A stretch of DNA of 64,000 bases from Fimicolochytrium jonesii. Lineage: Eukaryota. Below are positions 1 through 11,900 of this stretch, piece after piece. The notes below the pieces were generated by a model. It saw nothing but the letters and a program-made list of their open reading frames with translations. It made no database searches and was not told where the DNA came from. The stretch lies in assembly GCF_025526975.1 (NCBI RefSeq), contig NW_026515696.1:1-64000 (forward strand). The letters run 5' to 3'. How positions within the stretch are numbered: the stretch's first letter is position 1; the number at the start of each line of letters is the position of its first letter. A program made the position numbers and the translations under genes.

Positions 1-2357
1 CCCTCAGGATGAGCAGTTTGGGGTCTTTCGCAGTACTGGCTACTTTGATGTGGACTGGATGGCCTTTACGCTCCCTACCACAAAGCTGACCACCCTCTTT
101 GGTGCCTTCACCTTGGTTGAACTGTCTGGAGTGATGCAGCATATCAAGGACAGTGAAGCTTTCGCCGGTTGGATGCGGATCGCTAGCAGACCTTGTGTCA
201 TTAGCATTCCATTCAATCCAGAGTCAAAGGCAAGGATTCTTGAGTTACTTCACAATGAACATTCGATCATCGTGAGGGAAAGCACGGATCACTCACGATT
301 GATTGCTGGGCGGCAAAATCTGTTGATGTCTGGGTTCCAGGACATCATTGGTGCTGTGTCACCCTCTGTACGCATTGTGCAGTATGGAATGAAGCAACGC
401 ATTCAGACTTTGCCAGCCTACTCCTTTGACCAGGAAGTGAGCAACCATCCCGATGCTGCACTGAACACATGGGACATTGGTCAGACGTTGAACACTCATG
501 GGGTCATTCCTTTGGTTCGCTACAATGGACGTGGAGTTGGAGCCACCTTTCCCATGCTCACCATCCTTGGTGAGGGATTTGGGTCCACCCGCTTTGACAT
601 TGCGGGTCACGCCAATGTTCGGGTTACTTGCTACCCAAAGCTTGTTCATGCGCTCAAAGCCTACTCTTCGACTTTGTCTTCGCGAATGCCCCAAACCAAG
701 TCCAGCCTTGGTGATCGCAGTGAGACACTGAGAGGTTTACGTCAATGGCTCAACAGTCACCCGCTCCACATTACTGGCATGCGAGTTGAAGTGCGAGTTC
801 AGTGCGCCAGGTTGGAATCAGCGGAACAGATGGTTTTGAATCTCCATTTGGACCAGATCGAGACCATTTTCCAGCACATGGGCGCAAACTCCTTGAAGCT
901 TGTGCCGGTGGAAGAGTACTACGGTCTCATCAATGGCATCATGGACGCTGCGACCAGAGTTCTATTCAGAGGAGATCGCAATACACAGACTACTGTGACA
1001 GACTGTCAGCGCTTCCGAGATGTTCTCAACTCTTTTGGTTTCAATCCCGGATGGTTCAAAGGCATTGCACCCGTCATTGATCCTGCTCGAGCTTGGTGGG
1101 GTCATGGGGATGGGGAAGTGCCTGATGCTGCTCCCATTGGCAATATCCGTGAACTCTTCCATCAGCATCGTGATCAGCTTCAATGTCCCAACTGTGGAGG
1201 CTCAGCTTTTCATAGCATTGGCGGTCAGCATCGTGTCCGTCTCCGCTGCGCCAGGTACCCTGAGTGCCGTACGACTTTTGGACAGAACCAAGTCCGTGAC
1301 ATGCTTGCGGAAGTCCTTTAGTACTGTTGAATGTCATTGAGAACTTTACACCAAAACCCTTTTCTGAATGTGCGCTTTTCCAATGTACTCTAAATCAATA
1401 AATGCAATACTACTTTCCACCATTTTAAATGTTCCATGACAGAGACAGTTTGGCTGAATTTAATAAGTGATCTGGGAAATCTCCTAACCCCAACCCTCTC
1501 ACTCTGCGTACCCTGCAAGCAAGCCCAGGTCACGTGCTCTAACCTGCATGGACAAACTGTAGAACACTGCTTTAACCGGAAAATGTTCAACAGTTTTGGT
1601 AAATAACATTCCGCAAGGGTCCTACAAACAGTCTACGATGCACAGCGGAATCACAAAATGTTTACTAGGAGAACACAGCCAAACCCCTTTGCCTGCACAT
1701 ACGTACTCGTGTCTTTTGTTAGGAGGTCTTGGGGGTCACTACTTGAGAATTGAAAAAGGGGCCCTGTTCTTCAGCCAAAAGCAAGGTTACACAAGATTTG
1801 CTACCACATCAGCTATGCAAACCATAGGCTACAATCAACTTTCATTAAGTGCCCTACACTGGATAGTCAGCCAGATGTTGAGATATCACCACATTTTCCA
1901 AATTTTTACCCCCCAAAGCGTGAAGATTTCGTTTTTCTAAGTTTCTGAAGCCGTTTCCGCACGGATTGCCAATCCGAGAGTACCCCAATTAGAGAATATG
2001 ATATGGGGCCAACTTTTCAATTAGGACGCCAACTCCGGATCGGCACTAGAAAAATCCCAATTTGCACAAGTCCTATAACGTATATATAACATATATGTCC
2101 CCTTTATATCAACCCCCCCCCCTATTGGCACCCCTGCCGCCCCCCGTACCCACACCACCGCCCATATGACCCATCACTTGCCCTTGCACACCTAGGCCTC
2201 CCCGACTTGCCTAGGTGCGCAACACCCCCCGCCACTACATCCCTCAGAGTCAAAAATTCGAACTGTAGAACACACCCAAAAGCCAGAAAACTCGAAAATT
2301 TCTAAGTCCCTAGGGTTCCAGGCAACCCAATAATAAAACCCAACCCAGGGGGTCTTG
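1..2357 (+). mobile_element. Telomere-embedded repeat element, copy 1 (5' end lies outside the window)
   Basis: 720-2357 is near-identical to 2397-4035. It ends ...CCCAACCCAGGGGGTCTTG directly fused to (TAACCC)n, and consists of an ORF plus a ~1-kb non-coding 3' region. Confidence 0.8.
2..1321 (+). CDS. Unknown protein with a C-terminal C4 zinc ribbon, 5'-incomplete
   Basis: The frame is open from base 2 (PQDEQFGVF...) to TAG at 1321. C-terminal CPNC-x17-CARYPEC resembles topoisomerase-type C4 zinc ribbons. No RT (YxDD) motif is visible. Confidence 0.7.
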   Translation, partial: PQDEQFGVFRSTGYFDVDWMAFTLPTTKLTTLFGAFTLVELSGVMQHIKDSEAFAGWMRIASRPCVISIPFNPESKARILELLHNEHSIIVRESTDHSRLIAGRQNLLMSGFQDIIGAVSPSVRIVQYGMKQRIQTLPAYSFDQEVSNHPDAALNTWDIGQTLNTHGVIPLVRYNGRGVGATFPMLTILGEGFGSTRFDIAGHANVRVTCYPKLVHALKAYSSTLSSRMPQTKSSLGDRSETLRGLRQWLNSHPLHITGMRVEVRVQCARLESAEQMVLNLHLDQIETIFQHMGANSLKLVPVEEYYGLINGIMDAATRVLFRGDRNTQTTVTDCQRFRDVLNSFGFNPGWFKGIAPVIDPARAWWGHGDGEVPDAAPIGNIRELFHQHRDQLQCPNCGGSAFHSIGGQHRVRLRCARYPECRTTFGQNQVRDMLAEVL

Positions 2358-2396
2358 TAACCCTAACCCTAACCCTAACCCAAACCCTAACCCTAA
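2358..2396 (+). repeat. Interstitial telomeric tract (TAACCC)n with one CCCAAA variant
   Basis: Read directly; separates element copies 1 and 2. Confidence 0.97.
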
Positions 2397-4035
2397 GTGA
2401 GACACTGAGAGGTTTACGTCAATGGCTCAACAGTCACCCGCTCCACATTACTGGCATGCGAGTTGAAGTGCAAGTTCAGTGCGCCAGGTTGGAATCAGCG
2501 GAACAGATGGTTTTGAATCTCCATTTGGACCAGATCGAGACCATTTTCCAGCACATGGGCGCAAACTCCTTGAAGCTTGTGCCGGTGGAAGAGTACTACG
2601 GTCTCATCAATGGCATCATGGACGCTGCCACCAGAGTTCTATTCAGAGGAGATCGCAATGGACAGACTACTGTGACAGACTGTCAGCGCTTCCGAGATGT
2701 TCTCAACTCTTTTGGTTTCAATCCCGGATGGTTCAAAGGCATTGCACCCGTCATTGATCCTGCTCGAGCTTGGTGGGGTCATGGGGATGGGGAAGTGCCT
2801 GATGCTGCTCCCATTGGCAATATCCGTGAACTCTTCCATCAGCATCGTGATCAGCTTCAATGTCCCAACTGTGGAGGCTCAGCTTTTCATAGCATTGGCG
2901 GTCAGCATCGTGTCCGTCTCCGCTGCGCCAGGTACCCTGAGTGCCGTACGACTTTTGGACAGAACCAAGTCCGTGACATGCTTGCGGAAGTCCTTTAGTA
3001 CTGTTGAATGTCATTGAGAACTTTACACCAAAACCCTTTTCTGAATGTGCGCTTTTCCAATGTACTCTAAATCAATAAATGCAATACTACTTTCCACCAT
3101 TTTAAATGTTCCATGACAGAGACAGTTTGGCTGAATTTAATAAGTGATCTGGGAAATCTCCTAACCCCAACCCTCTCACTCTGCGTACCCTGCAAGCAAG
3201 CCCAGGTCACGTGCTCTAACCTGCATGGACAAACTGTAGAACACTGCTTTAACCTGGAAAATGTTCAACAGTTTTGGTAAATAACATTCCGCAGGGGTCC
3301 TACAAAAAGTCTACGATGCACAGCGGAATCACAAAATGTTTACTGGAGAAGACAGCCAAACCCCTTTGCCTGCACATACGTACTCGTGTCTTTTGTTAGG
3401 AGGTCTTGGGGGTCACTACTTGAGAATTGAAAAAGGGCCCTGTTCTTCAGCCAAAAGCAAGGTTACACAAGATTTGCTACCACATCAGCTATGCAAACCA
3501 TAGGCTACAATCAACTTTCATTAAGTGCCCTACACTGGATAGTCAGCCAGATGTTGAGATATCACCACATTTTCCAACTTTTTACCCCCCAAAGCGTGAA
3601 GATTTCGTTTTTCTAAGTTTCTGAAGCCGTTTCCGCACGGATTGCCAATCCGAGAGTACCCCAATTAGAGAATATGATATGGGGCCAACTTTTCAATTAG
3701 GACGCCAACTCCGGATCGGCACTAGAAAAATCCCAATTTGCACAAGTCCTATAACGTATATATAACATATATGTCCCCTTTATATCAACCCCCCCCCCCC
3801 GATTGGCACCCCTGCCGCCCCCCGTACCCACACCACCGCCCATATGACCCATCACTTGCCCTTGCACACCTAGGCCTCCCCGACTTGCCTAGGTGCGCAA
3901 CACCCCCCGCCACTACATCCCTCAGAGTCAAAAATTCGAACTGTAGAACACACCCAAAAGCCAGAAAACTCGAAAATTTCTAAGTCCCTAGGGTTCCAGG
4001 CAACCCAATAATAAAACCCAACCCAGGGGGTCTTG
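2397..4035 (+). mobile_element. Telomere-embedded element, copy 2, 5'-truncated inside the ORF
   Basis: Starts at the equivalent of base 720 of copy 1, differs by only a few substitutions and indels, and has the same 3' terminus fused to telomere repeats. ORF remnant at 2456-2998. Confidence 0.85.
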
Positions 4036-4057
4036 TAACCCTAACCCTAACCCTAAC
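4036..4057 (+). repeat. Interstitial telomeric tract (TAACCC)n
   Basis: Read directly. Confidence 0.97.
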
Positions 4058-4259
4058 TTCATATCATGATTCTGATCTGAAGAATTGATCCTTTAGGATA
4101 GTTTCCTCTTTCTGACTTTCTTGTCTTGTGACAGAAGTGGGCTTGAAAGTTACCAGATTACCAGCCGATGCAGCCCGATCGATTTAAAGGAGTCGCTCTC
4201 GATGGTTTCGCGCGCCACAGATACCAGAACAAGATACCAGACAGTCTTGGATCTGGTAT
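4054..4259. repeat. ~200-bp dispersed repeat rich in TACCAG/CTGGTA motifs; diverged second copy at ~5324-5529
   Basis: Shared blocks TTCTGACTTTCTTGTCTTGTGACAGAA and ACCAGCCGATGCAGCCCGATCGATTTA..GAGTCGCTCTCGATGGTTTCGCGCGCC. Confidence 0.85.
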
Positions 4260-7200
4260 CCACATCTGGTATTTTCCCCATGAACGACGTCGAGGTCGTA
4301 CACCTGGCGGGCGTGGCGAATCAAGTTCAAACATGTCCTATTCACCGACGGGAGCATTTTGGCTGGATGGGTTAGAGTCTCCAATTCCTCGAAAGCTCAA
4401 GCCACGCTCCTCCCCCTCCTAGCAGGTGGAACGCTCAGTAGTCTTGGGATGAGAAATAAATTTGCGTTCGAACCGGAGACCTCTGATCTCTCTACATGTC
4501 GCTGACTCCTTCATCCTCGGTTTGCGGAGTGTTTACCAGGAGATCTACTCGCTTCGCTGGCGGACCCCTTCCACAATCTGGTTCACTCGCTTTGAGACGT
4601 TTCTGCTCCCTCGCCTCGTTAATAGCAAGCGTTGTGGTGGAGCGGGATAAGCTTGTTCGAGTAAACGAAGTAAGCTAGAAAGAGGTCGTAAAGGCCGGTC
4701 GATGAGCAGGTAATGAACGCACGCGCAGGGTATCGTGATCAGGGCAACTCCATTTTGAATGAAGGTACGAAGATGCCGGTTTCCATTTACGGACATACCG
4801 GAATTGTTGGGGGTTACAGTTCTGACCACGCGTTGCAGCGCGCTGTCAAAGATGGTGTGAACCAGCGGAGTTGTAATGGGCGCAAAAGGATGCCGCACCC
4901 CATATCAAATCCCATTTTAAACGACCTGAAAGCCATGTCTATTCCATCGTCAAAGAACCGTCACAACAGCTAGCTTACCCGGATACCCTCCGCCTATGGC
5001 CAACGCTACCGCTATGTTCCTATAGGACACATTGTTGTGCTCGATGTGAACAAGATCTCTGCAGCAAGGACAGCATGAGTAGGCAATGCGGCAACCGCAA
5101 CAACCGCTTGCTCAACAGCACTACACGCTGTCCGGTGAGACACTTGCATCAGATGTTCTTTTGCCTTGCATAAGTCGTTGTGGGCGTTCCTCGCCGCCCT
5201 AGTTGGCATTCGAACTTCCGAAGCGAAGTTACCAGCTTTACCAGATAGCTGGTAACTTGCTGGTAACTTCGGCACACGAAAGTGTGAAAAAAGTCGACTG
5301 GCGTAGAGCAGCTGGTATCATGGTAACTTCATATCAACATTTTGATCTGAATAATCAAACCTTAAAAAAAAAACTACTTCTTCTGACTTTCTTGTCTTGT
5401 GACAGAAATACTTTGAAAGCTACCAAATGACCAGCCGATGCAGCCCGATCGATTTACAAGAGTCGCTCTCGATGGTTTCGCGCGCCTCAGATACCAGTAC
5501 AAGATACCAGACAGTCCTGGATCTGGTATTCTCAGTTGGTTCTTTTGGCCAAGGATTTTCTGATGTGGCCTTGTCTATGAGTGGCATGAGTGGCCGCCAG
5601 TAGCTCTCACCAGTGAAAATGTCTCCAACGAGTACGGACTGATTGAAGGACTTATTCCTTAGTTCCGACACGTCGACCATTATCTCAGGCGGTGAAACAG
5701 TCGGTCAAAAAGAAGTGTGGGTTCACACAGATGCACGTTCAGTAACGTGCGTCACGTATATGTCTATTCCATTCAACTTTGACAAACCGAAAGTTTCAAT
5801 GGGACAGACGGAAAGCGAGTGGGGTGGGTTGGCTAACATACGCGTCAACCGATGACAGCCTAGTAACATGATCCCATTGGCCGATGGTGCTGTCTCTCAG
5901 TAAACTCTCACTATCCCTTTATTTACCGCTTACTGGAAACGAACGCCTCCGTTCGTGTTCTCCATGTGGGCCTACATGGGACCCCATGGAGTAGAGAGAC
6001 GCTCACACCCGCCCCAACGATCCAGATTCATACTGAAGCTGAAGGGAGCCATGACGAGCCACTACCAATGCCAATGCCATTCCACCACTAGGTGGACTAA
6101 TATCGATGCAGAGCAGGCCTGACCTCATACCTGGCTTAATCCGTGTGCGTGCACTAACCTGTCCCTCATTCTAACGGCAACCTCAAAACCCTGATGCATT
6201 TGGGCTCGAAGCAAGTCTCAGCGCACCTGTCCTGCAGTTGAGCTGGACTTGGCCGGTCAACAGCCAGGTTCGTCCTGGTAGGCACGCGAACTTGGTAGTT
6301 CCGGATCCATCATCCCCGCACACCCAAGTGGCTTAGACTTGTATATATGTCCTCACGTCCTTCCATAATCCGATTACCAGACAAGCGACAGCGGAATATA
6401 AACAATAGAACCGGCACTAGAATCCTTACGGGCCTTGCACTCGTTCGTCTTGAACCAGCGCCTGGTACTCGGGTGCGATCGGTGCGTCACCTCGCGTCAT
6501 CCCGACGGAGATACCGCAGTGATTGCCATAATGAACTTCAAAGGGGTCGATCGACGATCCAGGGAGCCAAAGTGCTGAGCACGCCTCTATATTGTTGTGA
6601 AATCCATCCCTCGGCAAAGCTATGGTTTGATGTTCTGTGGATTTATTGTTAACCTCTTCAAGTGGCAGTGGCAGTAACCTGATGGAAGGATGCAACCTGC
6701 AAACCGCCTCAATTGGCGGTGGTAGCGTGCAGCCAAAGCTTTCGAAACTCACACTTCAGAAACTTGCCTAATTCGCGGAGCTCTCAAACCCCCGCGAAAT
6801 ATGGACGACCTCAGAATCACAGTCCAACAATTCCTGCAACCCATCCAGGATCAGTACGCTATACTGATCCAGAGCCGACCATCCGCGCTTACTTGGCTGG
6901 CATTCCAATCGGCCTTTACCCGGCCATGTCGGCCGCTGCATGTTGCCAATTGGATATCCATGTTCCAGCGCACCATCAAGAACTCCCAATCGCGCAATCT
7001 TACGAATGGTGATAATCTGTTTTTGACGCATGGACTCGACCAGAGCCACTTGGAGCAAGCTTTGGCAGTAACCTGGGGTACACCTGAACGGTGGAGAGAA
7101 TTTGCTGGGTCACCGAAAAATGAATCCAGATGTCGCCCCGTCGTCAAGTGGCGGTCGTCGGAGCGGGGAGAAGTGGGGCCGAACATCCCTTATGGGCTGC

Positions 7201-7702
7201 TACAAGTAGCCCGCGCAACTTGACCATCGATCGAGCTTGTGTGCCTGTAACGATACATGGGAAACGGTTCTCAGCTTATTCACGGACGCGTGAGTGGATT
7301 CCTCCCCGAGGAGTGTCATCACACGTTCCCACCACGAGCTTCTTGGCAGGTGATGGGAATGACGATGATTCGCGAGCAAAGAAGCGTAGCTTGCGTTCAC
7401 CTGTTGATAGAATACATTCGCATTGCGCAAAGAGAAGCTTTGATACATGCCCTCTGCCTGGCTCCTGTCTGTTCAGCAGTGTACAACTAGTACAGTTTTA
7501 CTGAACATGTCTACCCATGTCACATTTCCAAATATTATATGTTGTCGAATCGCGCTAAATACACCGAGTGGACTATATAGCGAGTCCACCGCATGAGAGA
7601 GAACTGGATAGGCTGGTGTGACTCCCTGGTAACCCCAATCCAGTCATACACCAGCTTTATGTGGTCCCAACACAGCCGTCCAACACCTGTCCAGTATTAC
7701 GG

Positions 7703-8390
7703 GCCCTTTTTTTGCATTGTACGTATCAAGATAGAAACACACTTTGCAACCATTCAGTCTCGCACCTGAGTCAAACATGAACAGCGTGAACACCTTCAGC
7801 AGCAACTCTGAAGAGGTACAATACCCGTCCTGCAACTCTCCGGGTGCATAGCAGAACGACATGGGAAACAGGAAGTTTTCAACTTTATGATTAATGATTG
7901 AATGCTTCATTCGACGATTGGCAATCTTAAAACAGGGGTGGCGAAACTTGGTGTAATTGTCAACCTGTATTATATGGAGAATGGATCTGAACTTTACACA
8001 CCCTGCCCAAACGCGGGTGCGCTGGCGGATACCCTTACATCGCGCGTTCCCAACAGCTTTCCTGAACGTAGACTGCATATCACAAGTGTCCGCACTCATG
8101 TGGTCCTCGGCGTGGGTCAGGCTGTATGAAGACAAAGATCAAGGACGTGAAGAAGGCTGTACTGCGGTCTCTCGGTAAGGCTCGGTAACTCTTGCTTTTC
8201 CCAGACTATGTTTAATATGGAAACGGAAAACTTTGGCTGTGTTCCTTTATGTGGGCCTGCACGGCATCACATGGAAAAGAGAGCCGCCTACGCTGCGCCA
8301 TATAAACAAAGCTGAAGCTGCAAGAAACAGCGAAGAGTCATAACGAGGAGCCACTCAACCACCGCGAGAACGGCCAGCAACGGCGACCAT
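7703..8390. repeat. Degenerate subtelomeric repeat family; homologous to ~14243-14950 and partly to ~5935-6160
   Basis: Alignable by eye (GTATCAAGATAGAAACA, CTCTGAAGAGGTAC, AAAACAGGGGTGGC, GAAGGCTGTACTGC). Both long copies translate to LYYMEN.SEL...RLHIT...THVVLGVGQAV. Confidence 0.8.
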
Positions 8391-8997
8391 GTATCTGGAG
8401 CTGTCCTTCCCCCCTTATAAGTGGGATGTGAGTGGCACATTCATCTACATTTTTTGCTCCGGTGCACTTTTCTTACTCAACGTCATTCATTCGCAGGTCA
8501 CTGCATCCGTAATATGATGGAAAAAGCAGGAGGTCCACCAATTATTGCGGTCACTTCGCATCTGCTTGACTTGACTTCCTTTTGCGCTTTGCGTCAAGCT
8601 GGTTTCAACGGGGTGCATAAATAAACCAGTGTCGCGAGTTGAGCTATCACAGAGTCTCCATACTTCCGGCGTCTCAGCTGCGCCTAATCGCCTCTATGAA
8701 TGTTTTCGCTGTCTACTATCAGATGGAATCATTTAGGCTGCATCCATAAATGACACTTCGTCCAAGCTACCCACAAATAAGAAAACTTGCGCTGTCGAAT
8801 TGCCCTGTCACACTCTGTCATGAATATGCCACGCGCTCCCGATATAAGTTGGACTCTGACTGCTTCACGTTACGTTTGTGAGTTGTTAGAGGATAACGTC
8901 ATACTCGCAATCAATCTGACGACTCCTAGTACAAATACCTTCCAGCCGAGTCGAACCCGCTGTGAATATCGTGTGCTCCTGACGAAAAAGCGAAACC

Positions 8998-11900
8998 ATG
9001 ATTTCGCTGCTCGTTACAGCGCTAGCAGCTGCGGCTGTGATGGCGGCTCGATCGCCGATGGATCTAGGTGGGCCTCGACACCCTCGCAAGTTCCCCGATA
9101 AGTCGGCGATGTCCTTTATGATGTTATCACCGTACTCGACAAACTTGGTGTACTACAATGCAATTTGGGGCGGATTTAACAGTTCAGGTGAAGCAATCCC
9201 GAGGCTGTCCGCACCGATTTTTTGTCACCGTTATTCATACGCCCCCGCCTACGGAAAACAGCTAATATTCTTCAAGTCGACCATACGGTAAAAGTGGCGA
9301 CGGACAGCGATGCATCCACGTACATCAAATTGATCGATGCCAACGTGGGCTCGTCGGCTTCGACTTCGCCCACTGGTTTTACCATGACAATACAAGACGC
9401 TACGGCATATGTTGATGTCCTGAACGACGCCATGTACAACAATGGGCCGGTGTTCGTAAGCGCGGGCGGCGGGTCGACGGTGTCCCCCAGCCTGGGGGTT
9501 CCGACTCACGTTGGAATGGATGACTTTCAGTCAGGGTATGAGGCAGGTAATATAAGTGCATCATTAGACCGTTTCATTTGCCACTGACCCATCTTACGAT
9601 GCTAACATATCGACTGGGATGTCTTTTGCACTTTGTTAGCATTGAAGATGGCAAGCCTAGGCTCGCAGTACGGGATGTGCATTCTCCACAGTTCCGGATC
9701 CGCCAGCGCCCAGGCTAGGTGTGCCGGGTGGTTCGCAGGTAGTCAGTAATAAAACTGCCCTTGTTGCGCCTTCGGTTTCAAATCTAGCTCGTTCTGTTCC
9801 TAGGGTATGCAGGATATTACGGTCCGAATGTGATGTTCTCCTCCAGCTTTAATGGCTCCGACCCAACGGCCAACCCATACGCCATTGTATTGTCATCCTC
9901 TTCGGCTACGGCTTCCGCCACTCTTTCCAAAATCCTCACCACCACGCGCACAGACGTTGATGCCATCATCATCAGCTCTGGGCAACTGATGAATATCGTT
10001 CTGACGAGTATACAGACGGTCCGAAGTACATTACCCAGCCGAGTCATCAGGTTCGGGACGTATGATTTCGTCGCTGGGGTCGTGCCATACATTGCATCAA
10101 ATCAGATCACGTTCGCTATTCACCAGCAAGAGGTCTTTTTGGGGTTTCTCTCTGTAGCGTATATGTATACTTTGGCGGCTGTAAATGAGACGGCTATCGC
10201 TGGCGCGGCGCAAACGGGTCCGATCTTCGTGACCAATGTAAGCACCGGCTTTTCTGCTTCGCTGACCGGTTGTCCATTATGTATTGCGTTGATCTAATGC
10301 CTCCTTCCTTCGCTTCTTCCGCTTACGTTCGTCCCCTTGCCACAACATCGATAGTCCAACCTCGGGTTTTATAACGACACTCTAAATAACCTTAACAAGA
10401 TCCTTGCTGCTCCCAAACCTTACCGCATATCCGTAATCCTCCATGGGAACGACAGAGACGCGGAAATGCCAATTGTATTACGAGGCATACAAGACGCCGC
10501 CACGGCGTGGGGCTACGCGATCCAGGAGGAGTATCACACATTCTCTGCGACAAGTTCCTTCTCAGCTTCAGTGTTCGATGGATATCTTGTTTCAGTGTTC
10601 GCTGGATGTGGAAGCAACCCTGCGGTCAATAAACCGTGTCCACAGGGTCTGATCATATCGCGACCGACCGAGGGTTTCCTGGCCGCAGCGAAGGTTTATG
10701 CGGACCAGTACAGCATTGCTGTCGTCGTCGTCGGCCTCCAGAAAGAAGCGGATCACACGGCTTTGCATGATACCGATCAACGTTTTTTCGAAGTGGGTGC
10801 GAACGATTGGGAACTCGGTTACACCGCAGCCAAATATTTGTACGCTACAGGGTCCCGCAACCCGCTCTGCTTTTACCATGACGGATTCGTCAGCAGTTAC
10901 ATGGATAGGTGTCAGGGAATGATCGATTACTATGCGGAACAGAATGCCCCGCTCAACCTACAAACCGCTGTCTTCGTCGACGCGGAATACGCTGCGAACG
11001 CTGACATTACGTTTACTACGTCCATCACGCCTGGCGCCAACACGGACGGGATCCTCCTCGCCTCATCAGCCACGACGACTAGCTATCGATCCTGGTCGAA
11101 AAGGAAAGCTTCACCGTCTGCCAATGCTAACATCAAGGCAGGAGCGGTCGTGGCCGTAGGGAAAAGTGCCGACGTCGTAGCGGCATTGAGCTCAGGTGAT
11201 ATTGCTAAAGCTTTTGTGACGCAACCATACGCAACAGGATTCTACGCCACCTATCACCTTGCAATTCAGATGAACACCGGCATCACGGGCTTGAAGAGTT
11301 GGTACCTCAAGACAGGCCCGTTGGAACGCACCTATGGCTGCCCACGTGGGTACGTTCTCATGCCCGACAAGCCACTTTACGGCAATCAACCAAACAGCAG
11401 CTTCTTGGCTTTCGGCGCGTTGTGCTCGGCGTGTCCTCAACACACCTACACGCGAATGGACGACGACCCGCATGGGTGTATCCCGTGTAATACGGGGTAC
11501 TATAACAATCATACGGCAAGTTGGGGGTGTGGAAGCGGGGATGATGGATACGGGAAGTTACACTATCCAGACCAGTGTCCGACAATTGCCGAGATGATCG
11601 TCACAAGGTTTACGGCCACCAGCAAAGGATTGATGGGAATAGGGATCGCAGGCGCTATCGTTTCTGCTTCAATGGGTGTGCTCCTCATTGTATTCAGAAA
11701 CGCTCCTCGCATCAAGAGCGGGGGCGCGTACTTCTCGGCGCTAATTACGTTTGGATCAGCGGTTGGGTGTTTGTCTATTGTAACATTCGCCGCTGAACCG
11801 TCAACGCCAATGTGCACCACGACCGTTTGGCTGCTAGGCATGAGCGTTTCCACAGTAAGTGGCTGCAATATCTTTTGTGGTGCTTAAGGATGGATATGTT

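Noticed and set aside
2184..2315. Helitron 3' end (hairpin plus CTAG)
   Set aside because: The hairpin is ~90 nt from the CTAG and the shared sequence continues 45 bp beyond it.
1322..2357. Hammerhead ribozyme expected of a Penelope-like element
   Set aside because: No CTGANGA...GAAA core was found by eye in the 3' region; an Infernal search would be needed to exclude it fully.
6768..7223. Overlapping ORFs including a Walker-B-like YSVLILDG
   Set aside because: No supporting motifs; a product cannot be assigned.
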